Under the pieces are notes generated by a model, which saw only the letters and a list, made by a program, of their open reading frames with translations, was not told where the DNA came from and ran no database searches. From positions 4,110,001 to 4,142,000 of the forward strand of contig NZ_CP042905.2 in assembly GCF_008000775.2 (NCBI RefSeq): 32,000 nt of DNA, in the 5' to 3' direction. This DNA is from Promethearchaeum syntrophicum (GTDB lineage Archaea; Asgardarchaeota; Lokiarchaeia; Sigyniarchaeales; Promethearchaeaceae). A program made the translations under genes and the position numbers. This document shows, in pieces, positions 28,246 through 32,000 of this stretch (the first letter of the stretch is position 1; each line of letters starts with the position of its first letter).

Positions 28246-29511
28246 TTAAGATTCAACCTCATTATTTTGATCTTCTATTTCGTTCTGATCTTGCTCTTCT
28301 CTCTGTTCTTTCTCTTCTAACTCATCGGTTTTTTCTTTCTTTCCTTTCAGTTTCCCAACTTTACTATGAATTTTTTTAACGATTTTTAGATCTTGAATAT
28401 GAAAGGATGGTTCCTGAGTTTTTTGTGCCTTTATTTCTTTTTTTTCTATTTTGTTTTTTTCTTTCTCATCTTGTTTAATTAGAAGTTTTTTAGCTTTTTC
28501 TTTTGCAAGCTCGGATTGAAATTGTTTTTTATCTGCTTTCAATTCATGTCGCTCAGCGCGTAGCTCAGATTTTCTTTGGTATTTATCCCCTTTAATACGC
28601 CTAATCTCAGCTTTTTCAAGAGATTTTAATGCACCCAAATCTTTTTTAGCACTTTTATGAATTAAATGAACAACTCTTCGACCTTTTAGTTCAATATCAT
28701 CAGGAAATGCCTCAACAATTTCTTTATACCCCTTAACTTTGGCTCTTTCTTCTGAGGTTAGCTCGTCTTTCTCACGGAATTTATTTTCTCGATATTTTTG
28801 GGCAGGACTGCCCATATACACCCATCCACTTTCAAGTTCTTGGGATATTTGGGTCGTTGAAAGAGCCCCTAAGATAACATTATCTTGCACGATAGTTCCT
28901 GGTGCGATTACGCAATGCCCCCCAATTAAACTATTTTTACCAATTTTTACTTTCTTTATTATTAGAAATTCAGTTGTAATCATCGATGTCATGATCACCG
29001 CCCCTTGCCCTACAACAGTCCCCCTCCCTATTTCTAAGAATTCAGCATCTACCCATGCATCATAAATAGGAGTCGAAAATTTTACTTGGTTTCCGAACAC
29101 TTTAAAAGCCAATACATCGGCCCATGGAACGGGAAAATTATGACAAATCCATATTGGGTATTTTTTAATAACAGATCTTTTAATCCAAGCCCTATAATCC
29201 TTATTTTTCATTGTTTTCGGAAAAACTCCTTCTTTGGGAAAATGAAAAAAATTGACAATTCTTAGAGCTACCCACGAAAAAAACAAGGCAGACAACATGT
29301 ACAGCAAATAAACGACTAGAATTATTATAGGAAAAGTTATGAACAAAATCCAATTGAAATCCATGATAGAAATTAAGAATAATATTAAGAAGAAATCGGG
29401 AATAATTGAAAGCCAGATTAATAAGATATAAATAAATAAATACCTCGTTGCGGGAAGTGAATTAGTTGTAGTAGGCCCAACTTTTAAACTTGCGGGAATT
29501 ATGCTTGACAT
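28246..29511 (-). CDS. Membrane protein with left-handed beta-helix (hexapeptide) domain and long charged coiled-coil tail
   Basis: TM segments; GRGTVVGQGAVIMTSM...VKIGKNSLIGGHCVIAPGTIVQDNVILGALS...GSPAQKYR; C-terminal KEEKNKIEKKEIKAQK...EELEEKEQREEQDQNEIEDQNNE. Confidence 0.8.
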   Translation of the reverse strand: MSSIIPASLKVGPTTTNSLPATRYLFIYILLIWLSIIPDFFLILFLISIMDFNWILFITFPIIILVVYLLYMLSALFFSWVALRIVNFFHFPKEGVFPKTMKNKDYRAWIKRSVIKKYPIWICHNFPVPWADVLAFKVFGNQVKFSTPIYDAWVDAEFLEIGRGTVVGQGAVIMTSMITTEFLIIKKVKIGKNSLIGGHCVIAPGTIVQDNVILGALSTTQISQELESGWVYMGSPAQKYRENKFREKDELTSEERAKVKGYKEIVEAFPDDIELKGRRVVHLIHKSAKKDLGALKSLEKAEIRRIKGDKYQRKSELRAERHELKADKKQFQSELAKEKAKKLLIKQDEKEKNKIEKKEIKAQKTQEPSFHIQDLKIVKKIHSKVGKLKGKKEKTDELEEKEQREEQDQNEIEDQNNEVES

Positions 29512-29540
29512 TATATTGTACCTTGTATTTTTTTCTTCTA

Positions 29541-30419
29541 TTAATTATCTTGAGTTATCCTATAGGCTTTTTTCTTGTTTTTAGTTTCATAAACCAGATC
29601 TTTCTTATCATCTGGAATTTGTATCATTTTCAAATAACGTTTTGTAGATAACCTACTGATAGGTAATCCAAAATATTTCGCAAATCCCTTAATTTTAGAA
29701 AATTTGATCACACCACTCATCGGGAGAAATTCTGTGTATGGTTCCATATAAGTCCCAGGGGCAATAGCATTATGGGCACCAACAACCGAGTTATCCCCAA
29801 GATACACCTTTTTCAGTGTGATTGCCCCATATTTACCCTCTACAGTATGACTAGTAACACCAGAGGCTTGCCCGATATACACATTTTTCCCTGTTTCTAT
29901 ATATTCTTTACAAAAAACATGATCCTCCATTGTTGTTCCTTTTCCAATTTTACAATCTCCTACGAAATTTAATGCCCAATTCATTAACCAAGGAAAAGCA
30001 CTCTTTACAATTGACCAAACTACAATTCTAAGAATAACTCCTCGTAGATGATATGCGTTAACTACACGAGCTTCTTCCTTTCCAATTCCTTTTGCAGACA
30101 CTAATTCTTTCTTGGGAGAAATTAAATTGATTAATGAGATTGAAATTTTACCTAGGATTGCTAAAGAGAATATACGAAAAACATATAAAAATATGGCAAA
30201 TAATGGTGTTAAAACTGAAATTAGAACATATTTCCAACTCGTGAATATTAAAAAGAAATCAAGAAATATGTGTTGTAAAGGAAAAATGCAGATCTTGTAA
30301 TAATAATAACCCATAATTATCGAAGGAACCCAAGAATACCCCCACACAAATAAAATAACAAAAATATACTTCTCCATTTCAATTTTTGCACTTGGAGGAA
30401 TACGTGGATCTCTCTTCAT
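29541..30419 (-). CDS. Membrane protein with left-handed beta-helix domain, related to the neighbouring gene
   Basis: Multiple TM segments then CKIGKGTTMEDHVFCKEYIETGKNVYIGQASGVTSHTVEGKYGAITLKKVYLGDNSVVGAHNAIAPGTYMEP. Confidence 0.8.
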   Translation of the reverse strand: MKRDPRIPPSAKIEMEKYIFVILFVWGYSWVPSIIMGYYYYKICIFPLQHIFLDFFLIFTSWKYVLISVLTPLFAIFLYVFRIFSLAILGKISISLINLISPKKELVSAKGIGKEEARVVNAYHLRGVILRIVVWSIVKSAFPWLMNWALNFVGDCKIGKGTTMEDHVFCKEYIETGKNVYIGQASGVTSHTVEGKYGAITLKKVYLGDNSVVGAHNAIAPGTYMEPYTEFLPMSGVIKFSKIKGFAKYFGLPISRLSTKRYLKMIQIPDDKKDLVYETKNKKKAYRITQDN

Positions 30420-30479
30420 TATGCACTTAAAATAAACTAAAAATAAAAATCATTGTTAATGATTTTTTTTAATGATTTT

Positions 30480-30923
30480 TTAATCTGAAACCGCTTTTCG
30501 TTTTGAAAAGAGGGTCTTCAACTCATCCATTATTGATCCACGTAGGGATACAGGCCCTGCTGGAGCCCCCCCTTTTGGAGGAGGTGCTCTTCCAGGAGGT
30601 GGTGGTGGTGCTCCAGGAGGTGGTGACCCAGGTGGCGGTGGTGGTGCTCCGGGACCAGATGCTACTGCTGGAACAGCTAAATTTGCTCCTGCTGCAGCGG
30701 CAACTCTAGATTCTACTTGCACTATTCGACCCTCCATTGCTTTTAATCGACCATCGAGACCATTAATTTGATTTGATAGTACTTGGATACTTTGATCTAC
30801 CATCTCCGGAATCCTTAACGTGATTGTCATAATCTTCTCGATTACATCGCCCAATCCTTCGACTCGCTCTTTCAATGGTGCTTCACTGTAGCTATTCATT
30901 ACGGAAAAGAATTCTTCAGCCAT
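30480..30923 (-). CDS. Coiled-coil / polyproline protein with WH2- or Ena/VASP FAB-like C-terminal motif; candidate actin-cytoskeleton regulator
   Basis: MAEEFFSVMNSYSEAPLKERVEGLGDVIEKIMTITLRIPEMVDQSIQVLSNQINGLDGRLKAMEGRIVQVESRV - GPGAPPPPPGSPPPGAPPPPPGRAPPPKG - SLRGSIMDELKTLFSKRKAVSD. ORF open to 30968. Confidence 0.8.
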   Translation of the reverse strand: MAEEFFSVMNSYSEAPLKERVEGLGDVIEKIMTITLRIPEMVDQSIQVLSNQINGLDGRLKAMEGRIVQVESRVAAAAGANLAVPAVASGPGAPPPPPGSPPPGAPPPPPGRAPPPKGGAPAGPVSLRGSIMDELKTLFSKRKAVSD

Positions 30924-31017
30924 TTTAATTCGACCTAAAAATATTAAATTCAATTTACTGGTAAGCAAATTGATTATTATGTAGTACTATTGGTAAAACG
31001 ATCTTAAATAATTTTAT

Positions 31018-31635
31018 TTAAAACTCCAGAAATCCAGTGTCACCCAAAATTTCCTCAATTTTTGCCCGTCTTTTGGGTTTTTCACTAACCTTACTTTCCC
31101 CTTCATCGTATGGATTATCTTCGTTTTCTTCATATATGTTTTCGAGAGTGGCATCTTCAATAAGACCAGAATCTAGTTGTTCTTGGAGTCTTTTTCCATT
31201 TTCAACGTATTTGGCTGCAGTCGCTTTCCACATCTCTGCTTGTTCCAAATCTTTTGGGTCTTTATTTTTTTGATATTCTTCAAGAGCTTTTGTGGAATTA
31301 ACATTTGCATTATCAGCTAAAAATGAATAGACTAAGGTTAATTCAGTAAATTGTTTCTTTTCCCAAAGTTTTTCTTCACGAGATGTGAGTCTAGCATATT
31401 CTTGGTCTTTATAATATATATCAATGAAATCTCCAAATGCATCAACGGGTTCTGTGAGGTCATTCTTGGAAACTTTCTGAGATACACCACAATGTCCGCA
31501 AATTACTTCGACATCTTCTTCTTTTGAAGTTACTTTCGCTTTGACTGTCTTGTGTCCGCATTTTGGGCAGGTAAAGATCTTGGGAAGTGATCTTACTCTT
31601 CTATAAACAATTTTTTTTCTTTTGCGTCGACCCAC
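31018..31635 (-). CDS. Elf1-like transcription elongation factor with acidic C-terminal extension
   Basis: MGRRKRKKIVYRRVRSLPKIFTCPKCGHKTVKAKV...VICGHCGVSQKVSKNDLTEPVDAFGDFIDIYY resembles the eukaryotic Elf1 layout (MGRRKxKRK...FxCPFC...C..C...LSEPVDVYSDWID). Confidence 0.85.
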   Translation of the reverse strand: MGRRKRKKIVYRRVRSLPKIFTCPKCGHKTVKAKVTSKEEDVEVICGHCGVSQKVSKNDLTEPVDAFGDFIDIYYKDQEYARLTSREEKLWEKKQFTELTLVYSFLADNANVNSTKALEEYQKNKDPKDLEQAEMWKATAAKYVENGKRLQEQLDSGLIEDATLENIYEENEDNPYDEGESKVSEKPKRRAKIEEILGDTGFLEF

Positions 31636-31789
31636 GTTAACTCGTATAAAATAAAGAAACCTAATGCAATAAATTTTATGGTCTTATTTTAGAAAGATTT
31701 TTTGGTCATGCTACATTGAATAAATTAAGTTTTTGCAATACATTTTTCGCAAATGAGTGATATTTCGCCATGAATAATAGGAGATCAAT

Positions 31790-32000
31790 ATGACAGAAGA
31801 CCACACAACCTTAGATTTAGAATATGATAGAATGTTATTAGAAGACGTATTTGATTCCCCAAATCTCAGGTACGTATCGTTGTATATGTATATAATTCGG
31901 AAAGATTTATTCCAAGATTTACTGGATGATGATGTCATTGAACAATTTGAAACTATAACATCACTAGATGAACCAACTGTGGAGGATATAACTAGAATAT
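31790..32000 (+). CDS. 5' part of an acidic protein truncated by the window end
   Basis: ATG at 31790, open to the last base: MTEDHTTLDLEYDRMLLEDVFDSPNLRYVSLYMYIIRKDLFQDLLDDDVIEQFETITSLDEPTVEDITRI...; divergent from the Elf1-like gene. Confidence 0.55.
   Translation, partial: MTEDHTTLDLEYDRMLLEDVFDSPNLRYVSLYMYIIRKDLFQDLLDDDVIEQFETITSLDEPTVEDITRI

Noticed and set aside
30503-30709. Plus-strand 68-aa ORF (LLEEVLFQEVVVVLQEVVTQ...).
   Set aside because: Antisense artefact of the proline-rich coding region.
31711-31938. Minus-strand 75-aa ORF.
   Set aside because: Serine/asparagine-rich, overlaps the better-supported acidic plus-strand ORF starting at 31790.

Overview
AT-rich window that reads as an archaeal chromosome segment, most likely Asgard. 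That assignment is inferred from an Elf1-like transcription elongation factor, archaeal GatDE amidotransferase genes, and a coiled-coil/polyproline protein with an actin-regulator-like tail. Main contents, left to right: a uracil-DNA-glycosylase-like protein; a stand-alone Elp3 C-terminal (CIRCRE + acetyltransferase) protein; a class I glutamine amidotransferase; a truncated 5' copy of a DUF1156/COG1743-type DNA methylase, a seven-repeat SBBP-type propeller protein, and the intact methylase; an APH-like kinase; a TetR-headed minus-strand operon with two related membrane proteins, an alpha/beta hydrolase and a small membrane-anchored protein. The right half has two complete gatE-gatD operons (one per strand), a tungsten-enzyme cluster (AOR, radical SAM maturase, MoaD-like carrier, Hsp20-like protein, flavodoxin/ferredoxin fusion), a lysine-rich zinc-ribbon protein, two membrane/left-handed-beta-helix proteins, the polyproline protein and the Elf1-like gene. 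The observations I rate highest are the coiled-coil-polyproline-WH2/FAB-like protein, the two GatDE sets, the split Elp3-like acetyltransferase, the methylase 5' duplication around the propeller gene, and a 19-nt GC-rich motif repeated directly on both sides of the TetR operon. I saw no CRISPR array, rRNA, convincing tRNA or transposase by eye. All family assignments are by motif recall, with no searches run.
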